Shown here piece by piece: positions 52,347-64,000 of a DNA stretch of 64,000 nt. Each line of letters opens with the position of its first letter. The first letter of the stretch is position 1. The notes beneath the pieces were generated by a model. The model was not told the origin of the DNA. It saw nothing but the letters and a program-made list of their open reading frames with translations, and made no database searches. Both the position numbers and the translations under genes were made by a program. Origin of the DNA: Podarcis liolepis (taxonomy: Eukaryota); assembly GCA_965112155.1 (NCBI GenBank), contig OZ218115.1; one strand, given 5' to 3'.

Positions 52347-52478
52347 TCATAGAATTGTAGAGTTGAAGGGTACCCTGAGGGTCATCTAGTCCAGCCCCCG
52401 CCATGCAAGTATCCTGTCCACAGTCGTCCCTGGGTGAACTCGAACCACCAGCCTTCTGGTTAACACCCATTGTACCAC
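52347..52478 (-). mobile_element. Short tRNA-derived SINE with CR1-type tail
   Basis: ATCATAGAATTGTAGAGTTG tail; B-box GGTTCGAG on the minus strand. Confidence 0.7.
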
Positions 52479-52732
52479 AGCATACTTTGCATGAAAGTCT
52501 TTGGATCATTCTGCTGTACATTTTATGATGAACTCAAGTACAGGGCATTGGACATTAGAAAGCCATTGCTGGGGTGTACTTTGCTGCAAGGGGCCAATGA
52601 TCTTCATAAGGTAATTCCACATGCTTAGCTATTCCTCTTTTTTTTTAATGGCAGTTCAAGGATCAATCAACATTATATCTGCACTAGCCTTACGTGTAGA
52701 ACAGTAGGAAGCGATACCCTAGTAGGATAAAG

Positions 52733-53109
52733 GGACTGATTCAGACATTGTGTTAAAACCATAGTTAAGGTTAAAAATCCCTGCTGCACTCCTTCTTTCT
52801 TTGCTTGGGTAACAAACCAAACAGAAGCTGGCTTTGTGTGTGTTTCTCTCCAAACAAACCATGAGTGGAAGCCAAGGCTTGCACTTTGCTTATTACTTAA
52901 GGTTTGTTTTGGAGAAACAAACCAGGAGAGCCGGTTCACACATAACTCAAAGACATCCTGTGGTCTCTTTCTTCCCCAATGTGCCAATGGAAGCAACAAT
53001 GGAAGAATGCATCATGGACTTTTGAGCAGTGTACCCCAACATACCGCTTGTTCACATTAAACCCCAGTATAACCTTAACTATGCTTTAAAGTGATGTCTG
53101 AACCTGGCC
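52733..53109. mobile_element. MITE, possibly PIF/Harbinger-like
   Basis: Inverted ends TTCAGACAT..ATAGTTAAGGTTA / TAACCTTAACTAT..ATGTCTGAA. Confidence 0.6.
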
Positions 53110-53229
53110 ATTAATCATGCTCCTAATAGGTCAGGCATCTGATTATTCTATTTTCTAGAAGAGAGGAAATAATGAATTGTAACTATGTAAGATGTGCCAA
53201 AATGATTCATTGTCAAACTGAAACATGTT

Positions 53230-53456
53230 TCCAGTAGTAGATAGGTAGCCGTGTTGGTCTGCCATAGTCAAAATAAAAAATTCCTTCCAGTAGCACCTTA
53301 AAGACCAACTAAGTTAGTTCTTGGTATGAGCTTTCGTGTGCATGCACACATGCACACACATCTGTGTATCTGAAGAAGTGTGCATGCACACGAAAGCTCA
53401 TACCAAGAACTAACTTAGTTGGTCTTTAAGGTGCTACTGGAAGGAATTTTTTATTT
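53230..53456 (-). mobile_element. Short palindromic Penelope-like insertion
   Basis: Perfect 15-bp TSD AAACTGAAACATGTT (53215-53229 / 53457-53471); inverted arms. Confidence 0.9.
53366..53403 (+). ncRNA. Minimal type-I hammerhead ribozyme motif
   Basis: GUAU-CUGAAGA(53370-53376)-A-GUGUGCAUGCACAC-GAAA(53392-53395)-GCUC-AUAC; predicted cleavage after C53399. Confidence 0.8.
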
Positions 53457-53788
53457 AAACTGAAACATGTTAGGTACAAACATACAGTCCTTCTGGGAGA
53501 AAAGAGCTAAACAGTTTAACTAAAATAAAAGAGCATTCTACTCATATTTAGTGTTCAGCTTGATATTAGCTTTGCATTAAATTATTTCTATGTGCAGTGG
53601 CTCTTTCCTTCCACAATTTATAAACTGGACAGTTTATTAAGTATTTTTTTAAACTTCATAACATTGTGGCAAATAATTGATACTGTTTGAGCAATAGTAG
53701 GATAATCCTGTGTATGGAAATGAGTTTCAGGGTGTTGGGGATTTCTTGGGTTGAGTACAAACTACCCAGATGAATACATCAGAAGACT

Positions 53789-54207
53789 GGCTTAGTTTGC
53801 ATGTAACATTAAGCTAAACCATGGCTTAGCACAAACCAATTAATGTGTGGGTTTCCATAGCAAAGATTCCAGTCATTTTGCTCCTTCTCTGGTTGTCCTG
53901 CTACTATTTTGCTGTAAGTCAAGCCGGATTTTGTCTTTGCATTATGTCCAAACCTGGGCTCACGGTTTATCTCCTGTAGACAAGCCATGTTCAGTAAGCC
54001 ATAGAACAAACTTTGGCTACAGCTTGTGGTTTGGCAAGAGCAAGAGATATCACAAGTCCAGGTTTCGACGTAACACTAAGCAGAATCATGGGTTTACTCA
54101 CAGAAATTTGGGAACAGCATGATCTGAAGCGACCATTATTTTATGTCCAGGAAATTTCTCATTTAGGCTATGCCATGGTTTAGCTTAGTGTTACATGTGG
54201 CCCAGGT
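53789..54207. mobile_element. MITE or composite MITE with 26-bp inverted repeats
   Basis: CATGTAACATTAAGCTAAACCATGGC (53800-53825) versus GCCATGGTTTAGCTTAGTGTTACATG (54172-54197). Confidence 0.65.
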
Positions 54208-55660
54208 CTGTGTGCCACAGTGCTACACTTTAAAAGTCCTCATGTTTTTGAAACACCCCTCCTCACTAAATGACATCGCTGTTAGGACTGGGAAAGCTAA
54301 TCTTTAAGTAGAGTGGAAGCCTCCAGAATGCTGGTTCTCTCAGACTTCCTTGTGTTAGGTCATTTGAGTAGAAAACATTCAACATTTTCTGCTAAAAACT
54401 TCTGTAATTCATTGATTTGTGTGTGTATGTATATTAAAATCTGAATTAGGATCTCTATTAAAATAAAAGATACTTATGGGTTTCTGATTTATTTATTTTT
54501 TGCCTGCATATTTTTTGAAAGTTTGTGATAGTACATATTTAAGTTTTTGGCAGCAGCTGCATTGTCCATGTTTGAAGTGAAAACTATTAATCTAAGCAGC
54601 TAGAAATGCTAAGGGCTAAAAATGCTAGTGGAAGCTAGGATTCTCAGGATTTTAAGAGCATCTAGGCTGCAGAAACCAGTTTTTTGGTGATATAAATTGT
54701 TGCCCGCCCCCAATTAGTAGAATTAACTTTCAGTATAGTGTTATGTGAATACTGTTGCCCTGAGTCCCTTTCAGTGTACTTGTTTTTGGAAAGAAGATGT
54801 CTTTGCAGGTCTTGCTTTATTCTTAGCCTCTCACATTCCAAGTATTACCTTGGTGCTTAGTTAAAATAGTGAGGTCTGTTATGGATAATTTCTTTGCAAC
54901 TGACGATTTTGGCTTCCTGGATTTGAAATGACGAGGCACCTTTGAACTTGCAAGAACTTAATTTTTGCAGCATTTTGACTACAAATATTTATTACAACTG
55001 CCATTCCTTCCCCTAAAGGAGACTGGAAATAGTATTTCAGGGCACTGGGAATTCAGTGTGCCCCATAATCCCTTCTCACAGAACTACAATTCCCAGGGTT
55101 TCTTGTGGGAGGAGAAATGATTCGAGTGTTAAACCAGCCTGTGCAGTGTTTCTATTTTCCAGTTCATTGCTCCCATTTCCCCATTGCTTAGGCCTCATAT
55201 GATATCTTAAGGTGGTTTGTCTAAGATGCTACATACCACAGTTACTCAGATATAGTTTTCTTGGCCCTTTCCCTTACTCCCTTGTGATAATAATTGCACA
55301 AGTCCACTAATTACATGAGCTCAGTATGTTGACTATTAGAGATGAAACAGGATACCCCTTGTTGGCTATTAGAAGAAACGGGATACCCCATCTTTTAATG
55401 AAAATGCAAACTATATTGTGTTAGATCTATTATTTTAATAGATACTCGTACCTTTTTTGCCTCTATTTTGAATTCTGTACCAGTACACTGCAAGTTTAGA
55501 TGTGGCTTTGAGGTACATTTCTGCATAAAGCCTAAGGTATACTTGGACAACCAAACTACCAACACCAAAGCTTATGGAATCCTTACCATTTGGTTACTAT
55601 ATTGATTGCTTTTTTTTTTAAGTTTTGTTTGTAAGTAGTCCAGGGAATATTTTTTGGTAT

Positions 55661-55803
55661 TAGAATCATAGAATTGTAGAGTTGGAAGGGACTATGAAAG
55701 TCATCTAGTTCAACCCCCTGCAATGCAGGAATCTTTTGCCCAGTATGGTGCTTGAACCCACAGCCCTGAGATTAAGTCTCATGCTCTACCGACTGAACTA
55801 TCC
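55661..55803 (-). mobile_element. tRNA-Lys(CUU)-derived SINE with CR1-type tail
   Basis: Minus-strand head TCAGTCGGTAGAGCATGAGACTTAATCTCAGGG..GTGGGTTCAAG resembles tRNA-Lys-CTT; tail TTCCAACTCTACAATTCTATGATTCTA. Confidence 0.85.
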
Positions 55804-55804
55804 A

Positions 55805-56490
55805 ACATTATTTTTTTCTGGCATCAGTCTGTCTTGAGAGACAATGGAGTGTGCATCCAGGGGTGAAAACAAAGCACTGGAGAATCGAAGTGCCTGATGT
55901 GGCTGCAGAAACTGGTAACTCACAACTACATTGATTTGCTGCGTTAGCAGCCCTGAAGTGACCTCTCTGGGGCGCAAGCCTGAGCAGTGCGTATGGAGGT
56001 CCTGGGTTGCCCAGAAAACAAGACGTCTTGGCCTCACCAGTGTGGTGCAAAGGAAAGCAGAGCAATACACTTGGCACCCGCTTGGCTGTGGGAGTTGCCA
56101 GAAGGAGGCATACAAGGTGCCAGCAAACTGCCTAAGGGACTCCACCGGATTTGTGTAGGGTTTACTTGTTAGCTTTTTCTTCTCCCAAAGATCTCCTGCA
56201 AGGCAGCAGGTATGGATTTTTTCTTGGGGATTATTCATAAAGCCTTTCTCATGAATGAGTATAGCCGCAAGGCAGCAGAGGTTTCAAATCAGGGTTATCC
56301 TTCTCCTAGATGGGCTACTGGTAAAGCCCGAGACTCTTAATCTCAGGTTCGTGGGTTTGAGCACCACACTGGGTGAAAGATTCCAACATTGCAGAGGCTT
56401 GGTCTACATGACCCTCATGGTCCCTTCCAGCTCTGATTCTAGTTTCCCTGGTTGATGAGCCCCATATGCCCCTCATTTCCCTCTACAGCA
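55805..56490 (-). mobile_element. Non-autonomous RTE-like element, interrupted by a SINE
   Basis: 3' end CCATTGTCTCTCAAGACAGACTGATGCC and 5' region CCCATCTAGGAGAAGG resemble RTE-clade ends; no ORF. Confidence 0.55.
56319..56443 (+). mobile_element. tRNA-Lys-derived SINE, second copy
   Basis: GAGACTCTTAATCTCAGGTTCGTGGGTTTGAG head; GGTCCCTTCCAGCTCTGATTCT tail. Confidence 0.8.
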
Positions 56491-57947
56491 CATGAATCCA
56501 ACATTAAATGACTAATAAATAAATACAGTACTACAACTTAATGGAGCTACTGGACATCTGCCCTTCAGATATTCACATTAACATTAGATGATTTTTTAAT
56601 TATAAGTTGAAGCCTAATAGCGCATTCTAGAATGTATTGCCACTTATACTATCTTTGCTTAGGTAACAGATAAAATTAACTGTCTAAAAAATTATTGCCA
56701 TGAAATTCACATCTGTATAATTGATTTTAAAATAGTTGACTCTTGTGAGCCAATGGAGCAATAATAGATTTTTTTAAAAACACACACACAAAAAACACAC
56801 ATTGGGCTTTGTTCTACACGGAGGGAGGGCAGCCAGATGGCACAAGTTTAAGGCCTTAGTGAGATTTGACCCAGGGATAGGGTGGGGGGTTGATTATGTA
56901 TTATTTCCAGTGTCTTGGGTTGCACTTCATTTGCATATTTTGAAATGGAGCTAGAGAGTCACTTTGTGAACAGTTTATTCAGCAGAATACTGGGATTGGA
57001 GTCCTAAAATCAGAACCCTGAATAATGAAATCATAACTACAGCATACAGCTGTAGTTGTACCTTGTAGAAGAGGAATAATTCTGCAGATTTGAGAAAAGA
57101 AGCTGTACAGTGACTTGAAAGATGCAAGCAAATTATTGGGTTGTTGTTTTTTAATACAGTGAGTGAATTTGAGCTGTTCATTGATTCATTCATTTGTTAC
57201 ATGAATAATCCCACCTTTCCTTCATAAGAACTGAAAGTGGTGTTCATGGTGTTCCCGGGCAGTGTGCAGTATGGGTACAGACAAGAACCAAACCGGTTTA
57301 AATTTAGCAAGGTGGCTATATCACATGTCTTCAGACCAGCAGGACTTTTTATATAGAAATAGATATCTAGAACTAATCTGTAATATTAAATAATTAAGAT
57401 GTTTTGGGATGGGGTAATAGAAAGTTGAACAAGTTAGAAAATATTACCAGGGTATTTTGTAAACATGCTGTCAAAAGTTTCTAGTGGCATTCGTAATACT
57501 TTGAAAACGTGTAAGTGTATATAATATCTATATAATATAGAGAAAAGTAAATGCTGAGCTTGAATATTGCCCTTCATGAAAACAAGACTGGGACAGATGC
57601 TCACTAATTGGAGCGAGACCAAGACAGACAGGGAGAGTGAAAGTTAATTTATGTTTGACGGGCCATGAAATAACTTTTTCATTTTGGCCCTAGCATGTCA
57701 TTCTGTCTGACTATTAATGTGAATTGCTGTACTAAGCACTTCCATCTACTATAAGATCCTCAAGGCGAGGCAACAGAATCCTGCTTGATTTTGTACATAT
57801 ATACTTCTGTTTTAAGGTGCAAGTCACCTTGTGAGTTTCACCTACTTGAAGTCTGTTGTGAAGAATTCTGCCATCTGTATTTAAATATTCTGCAATTGTC
57901 GTGAACAAGCACTTGGAAAATTGATAGGTGTTCAGTAATGGTGTTGT

Positions 57948-58292
57948 ATACCTGAAGGAACGTCTCCACCCCCATTGTTCAGCCTGAACACTGTGGTCCC
58001 ATTCTGGGGGTGTTCTGGCAGTTCCCTCACTGTGAAAAGTGCAGTTATAGGGAACCAGGCAAAGGACCTTCTCGGTCGTGGTGCAATCCCTGTGGAACAC
58101 CCTCCCATCAGATGTCAAGGAAATAAACATCTATCTGACTTTTAGAAGGTATTATAAGACAGCCCTGTACAGGTAGGTTTTTAATGTTTGATGCCTCAGT
58201 GTATTTTATATTCTGCTTGAAACTGCCCAGAGTGGCTGTGATATAAGTAATAAATTAATAATTAACAAGATGATGATGATGATGATGATGAT
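57948..58292 (+). mobile_element. L2-clade LINE 3' fragment with (GAT)n tract
   Basis: Reverse-complement similarity to 15870-16205 (YLKERLH...GTRQRTFSVV). Confidence 0.85.
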
Positions 58293-58620
58293 AGAATCTT
58301 CAGGTTGGCCACAAGTCATTGAGGATGGCAAACTATTTTTTGTTGTAGGCTACCACATTTCTGTGCTAAAAGCAAAAAAGAAGAAGCAAAAACCCATCAA
58401 GAATGTACAAAAATAAGGGGTCTTGCCGGGGGGGGGGGTTCTTTTGTGCTGCTGAATATATAATTTACACTTACATGACTAATACTTAAACACTGATTTG
58501 TGAGAATACTTGTCATAACCTAAGGTTTTAGTCAAAATATTGTGGGCAAAATGAATAAAACATTTTGGGGAATCAGAAGTGCAGGATTGAGGGAGAAAAT
58601 TCATCTAACATATATATTCA

Positions 58621-58876
58621 CAGTAGTAGATAGGTAGCCGTGTTGGTCTGCCATAGTCAAAATAAAAAAAATTCCTTCCAGTAGCACCTTAAAGACCAAC
58701 TAAGTTAAGGTGCTACTGGAAGGAATTTTTTTTATTTTGACTATGGCAGACCAACACGGCTACCTATCTACTACTGGAACCATGGAAGGCACCACATTGA
58801 GCCGCATGAAATGGAAGTCCATCAACCTCACCTAACTTAGTTGGTCTTTAAGGTGCTACTGGAAGGAATTTTTTTT
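58621..58876 (-). mobile_element. Rearranged three-segment Penelope-like insertion including the ORF start
   Basis: TSD ATATATATTCAC (58610-58621 / 58877-58888); ~70-bp inverted arms; ATG 58782 opens MEGTTLSRMKWKSINLT. Confidence 0.88.
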
Positions 58877-59993
58877 ATATATATTCACGTTATGAGAAGT
58901 AAAGATGCATTCAGCTACATGGGCTGCTGTGCAGACTGACATGAGCTAGTATGTTACAACTAATGGGCTTCTTATATTCATGCATTGTTAATGTCACGCT
59001 CAGACATGTGCAGCTTATACTGCAGTCTAGCATGTAAAGTTACCAGATATACTCAGTTCTGCATATAGTAACTGATTATATTGGAGGTGGGTTTCCAGGT
59101 CTCACAACCTGTCAAGGAAAAATGGTACATGATTTTGGAAACCCATGTCTTATTCTTAAACAATATCCTTTATTATAAGCTTTAAAATGTACACTCCTTC
59201 ATTGTGGGACTTCAAATATGGCATAGAATGGTCTTGATATTGTGGAACATCTAGAGAATTGTATTAACTTTAAGGTGAAACCACACATTCTTTAAGATCT
59301 CAGGTGATCTTCCAGAAAAATTATTATGGACAACAGGAACAGCTGGTTGCCTGGTATTTTTATTCTCTGGGGCCAATATGGCAATAATGATGCCAACTGT
59401 CTTATAATGAAAACAGCATTCAAGTAGTTGGCAGTTTCCAATTAGTTGCTCCGTTTACTGGAAAGAACAACTTTCAACAGCCTTATAGGTTTTATTTCAC
59501 TTGGCAGTAATTGGAGTAGGTGAACAACAACCGGCTGGAGTTTACAATGCAGGGCTGGCAGAGAGGCAACTGATATGTGAACTGGAGAAGCAGCAAAAGG
59601 AGTGTGATCAACTCTGAGAACAGCACCAGAGGAAAGATTGCACATTCTATTTTCAGAAGTGGTATATATCCATATTCAGACAGACTATTTAATAAGATTT
59701 CTTTCCCATCCTCAACAGAAGATGCCGGGGTGGATTACAGCAATAAAATACACAATTTTAAAAAGTTGAAACTATTGCACTTAAAATCATTCCAAATGGA
59801 ACAAAACTGTATAAATTCAGCGGAAGAGGTGTCCCACAAAACAAAGGTGCGAAATCCGTACAACAAAAATGCTAGATGCACCTTTGTAGACAGGGTTCCA
59901 CAATGTAGGGGCTGCCATAGAGAAAGTCCTCACCTGGGCTGCCATTTCCTGCACTTTTGAGGGTGGTGGCACTACCAAAAGAGTCCACTCTGC

Positions 59994-60858
59994 TAGGCCT
60001 GGGTGACATATCAATATATTGCCCAGGACCGGTATGAGAGGCAGACTGTGGTGGTGGTTTCACTCAGTGGTATATCACTAATGAAACCGCCATCACTCAT
60101 GAGTCTCTCCAGTGCCCTGCGAGGCGAGGCAGAAACAAGCTTCAGCTGGCCGCTGGAGCCAGAGGGACTCAGAGCCTTGGCTGTTTCAACAACAATATAC
60201 CGCTGGCTGAAACCGCCATCACGGTTTGCCCCTCATGCCAGCACAGAGTGAGAATCAAGATGCATCAGCCAGGCACCAATACAGCTTGTTCCTCCCTCCT
60301 TTATTTAAAACTTCTTGACTGAGGAATGCACGGCTGCTCTCACCTCAGCCAAGCAGATTTATGGAGCCCCTAACCCACCACTGGTTCGCACGAGCCAGGG
60401 ATGGGGGTTCTGTTAAACTGTAACTGCTCCGGGCTGAAGAAGCCCCGATCCTTCTCCTGCTTGCACATGAGCAGGAGGAGGATCTGGGCTCCCTCAGCTG
60501 GGGAGCAGGAGGCTTTGCGCTCCCCGGCTGAGGTGCGCAAATAAGCCCCTGTCCCTCTGGCATGCGCACACACCAGTTGGGGACCTTGCTTGGCTAGGGG
60601 GCGAGAGCCTTCATGCTTCCTGGCTGAGAAAGCCCTGCCAGTAAAGGCGAAGGGAGCCCTGGCGACAGAACCTGTAGCAGCACTCTCTCCATCTTTGGGC
60701 AAGGGAGGGGGTGAACAAGCAGCCTCTTTCTCCCAGGAGGAGGAGAACTACCCCCTGGGAAGCTGTTAAGTGTCCACTTCTTTTTCACCTGTATATTTTC
60801 TTGTTGAAACACCTACCACGATGTCAATAAAGGTATGGCAATTTATCGCACAGCCCTA
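59994..60858. mobile_element. Non-autonomous hAT-like element inserted in a decayed minus-strand L2 fragment
   Basis: The left ~95 bp resembles the reverse complement of 41340-41433; right end TATCGCACAGCCCTA; no clear TSD. Confidence 0.7.
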
Positions 60859-63800
60859 GAAGGAATCGAAGCCCCCTATCTGATAGTGACCAACCTGATT
60901 TCTGAAGGCAGGGACAACTAGAGAAAGATTGGTTGGCTTAGTCAATGGGCTTGTATGGGAGAAGGCAGTTCTTCAGTACCCTGTCCTAGACCTTTTGAGT
61001 CTTTGTAAACTAAAACTAGCACTCTGAAGCTTTGCCAGAAGTTAATGAATATCTAAAATGAATCTCTAGATAGGCAGGGAAAGGTTGCTGTTTAAAGTCC
61101 TGGAGAGCCACTGCCAGTGCATGTGTAGACAATATAGCTAGATAGACCAATGGTTTGTATAAGACACTTCCCTATGTCCCTAGAGACCCTCAGTGTTTCT
61201 GCAGCTGGAGTAACGTCCACATCAGTTCTAGCCTTCAGTCAGTTCTTTTTACCTTACACCAGTACTTTCCTGATTATTTCCTTGCATCATAGCAATGTTC
61301 ACCCATTCCTCTATTTTTACATTGTCTTCCCAGAGTCCTCTGGCCTATTTAGAGTACTTCTCCCTCCCCCATATCACGACTATGTCTACAGTCAAAGTAA
61401 ATTTTGCCTATGAAGCCAATTCTAGCTGTCCACATTTGGGGAGGTTTGTAGCTTGTTTTCTGAACAGGGTTGAATTGCTGTTATATGGCAAGTTACTTAG
61501 AGGTCCCCTGAGCTAATGTTATAACTGCTAGAAGGAAAGTCTGTATGCACTGATAAAAATAATTGTCAGTTTCCTGTTTTGAACTGTGCATTCTATTGCT
61601 ATGGCATATTTTGTCTGGGCCACTTGACCAGGACATTCCTTTAACAGAAGAGGCTCCTCTGTAGAGTTTATTATGACAATGTTCAAGGTGGTGAGATGAT
61701 TCGTGGGAGCACAGAGCATAGTTTTCTGGATTATTATTTTTTTGCCATTATTAAAAGAGGCAGCTGGTTAAAATGTAAAATATGAGGCGTTTTCAGATAT
61801 ACTATATGAACTCCATATATAGATACTTGCATGAATGAATGCTGGTCTGGTTCACCAGCTGCATCCCCCCTCTCCCGTTCAACATAAATGTACATATAAG
61901 AAGGTGCTATTTTGTATTATTATGTTTGACTGTATTCACCTTTTCATTGTTAATTTCTTTAAAAATTAAAACTATAAATATAAAAATTGAAAAGATCAAG
62001 TGGAGACAAAATTCTAAATAGTATAAACTTTTTTCTGCTCACCTAAATACAGAATGGTTGTACTGCAACTTAGATGTGGCTTTCACAGATGGTGCATGAC
62101 AGCTGAGTTGTGCACATGGGCAACAACACAAATCTGTTTCCTCACCCTGTGTGAATGCTTGAAAGTCAGAGCATTAAAAATACATTTTGATTGGTATAAG
62201 TGTACTGCAGGGGAGTTCTGTTTGTTAAATAGGAATCACCCATCGGAAGGTAGTTTCCCAAGTATTTCGTGGTATGAAATTGGGGTGGAGGGTCCTGCTG
62301 TTGACAAGATAATGTCAAAAATTCCACTGAGGATATGTAAGCTTTGATCATGTCTAATTTAGCTTTCTCTAGTTCAGCCTTCGGTTTTTCCTCTTCCCCC
62401 CACCCCTGGCAGCCACGCACACACATACACCTACATGCATAACTTTGCTTATGCTGTTCTAAAATTCCCATTCTCCTGTAGGGGAGAAATGTGATCCTGT
62501 GTGGGTTGTCACCGCCCATCTCACCACTGGTTAGAAAGTATTTCTGTACCGTCATCATAACATATCAGTGTTGTGTACAACATAAAGACATAAAATACCA
62601 TTAAAACCAAGACAAATAATAATTTAAGTGATTAAACTACTGGGTAATCAAAAATTTATACAACTACTGTTATAAGAACAGCCTTCAAGAGACAACTGAA
62701 AGTCAAAAGTAAGAGTGCCTGCTGAATCTCTTTTGGAAGAATGTTCCGCAGCAAATTTTATCCATATTGGATATAACTGGGGGGAAGCTGCTCATTTTGC
62801 TACACCCAAATCCCTCCCTCCTTTCTGCAAAATGCCTGCAACAGGGTGCTTTGAAGTAGCAAAGGGGGACTACTGCAGGCACTTTCTCCCTCAAACTTAA
62901 TTGCCTCTCCCCTCCTTTATCTCTGCCAGAATTCTGACATAATTTCAAGCCACTAATGTGAATATATCACTAATGTGAATATATGTGAACAGACAATAAA
63001 ATAAATAAGACTTTTGGAGTGCATTGAAATAAAAGCAACTGTTTTGTAGCACCTCACAGGTTTATGTGTCATAAGCTTTTGTATACCCAAAGTCCATTTC
63101 ATCGCAGACCTAAATTGGTAAAACTTCTGATGTAATTTGTCAACATGAGACAACTCTCTTCCTCTTTTCACCTGACTTGTTCATAAATATTTGTCCTGTT
63201 TGGCTTTGTTTCATGAACCAAATTCAAAGGAGGAGGAGCGATCGGACAAATCAGAGCATTTTTTGAGTTTTCCCATTTTTGTTGGTTTTTTTTGCTTGGG
63301 GGGGGGTCAAAATTCCATGGTTAGGAATCAATTAGAAATAGGAAATTGTCAACTTGTTATGTGAACGCTTGCCTAACAGATTATTTCCAGGGAAAGCATT
63401 GTTTTGGTGAGCCAGACCTGCATATACTGACCTAGATGGTCCATTGGTCAGACTCACTATAAAACAGCTTTCTATGTAAGTCTTCAGAGCAGAGCTAACA
63501 AAGAGAATCTGGCTACAAAATAAGTATCAAACGTGACTAGGAACTTGCTTAATCATAAGGGGAAAGTGGAAGGCACCACCCCAAACTGTGGAATGCCCTC
63601 CAGGAACCACTGGGGAACTAGTTTCCTGTAGCCTGAATGTGAAAAATGTTAAGTATTCTGAATGGAAAGCTGTAACATTAACTTATAAATAAGGTGGAAC
63701 CACACTCCTTGAAAGACAGCAGTCAGGATCTAGAGAAGATTGAAAGTGGCTTTCTGCATTCAAGGGGGCATTGGACATTTGTTTCTCAAACTGCAGCCCT

Positions 63801-64000
63801 CCTTGTTGCACATCAAGCTTTGTTCCTAATATTGAGGGGACTTGCAAAAGCAGCTTGTGATACGGCATGATGGGAATAAGCTGTTTGAAGAAAAACAAGG
63901 CCAAAATCCCACTGGGCATGTGCAAGCTCTTGGGCTTGCCAGAAGCAGCTTGTTGTGTCCCCGTATATTTTGTGCAGCCATGACGAGAACTGTGCTCCAG

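Larger units (their letters stand above)
24052..64000 (+). other. Probable long first intron (about 40 kb or more, runs off the window)
   Basis: No convincing phase-compatible coding exon seen; AT-rich, rich in transposable elements, strand-skewed. Confidence 0.6.

Noticed and set aside
55740-55803. Functional tRNA-Lys gene
   Set aside because: The anticodon loop has a deletion, the stems are mismatched, and it is fused to a CR1-type tail, so it is a SINE head.

Overview
Vertebrate nuclear DNA, almost certainly from a squamate reptile and probably a lacertid-like lizard (Sauria SINE, Bov-B, squamate MITE families). Bases 1-20 kb are intergenic and rich in transposable elements, including a four-layer nested insertion with a young L1 and a 161-N gap. 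A CpG-island promoter (about 20.2-24.6 kb) carries a GC-rich first coding exon on the + strand (ATG 23856, donor after 24051) of a gene I cannot name. The remaining ~40 kb looks like its first intron, with no second coding exon found. The most notable signal is a set of short palindromic Penelope-like-element (PLE) insertions in that intron (35.2, 53.2 and 58.6 kb, each with a target-site duplication, TSD). Two of them carry minimal type-I hammerhead ribozyme motifs, one as a back-to-back pair on opposite strands, and older decayed hammerhead motifs lie at 27.8, 28.3, 31.2 and 39.0 kb. Hammerheads in PLEs are known in general, so the unusual part is the local architecture, not the ribozyme class. 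The window also holds a 7SL RNA retro-pseudogene, an L1 with a 69-bp TSD, and an RTE-like element with a duplicated pseudoknot-like motif. Family names come from recognition of the sequence, not from database searches.
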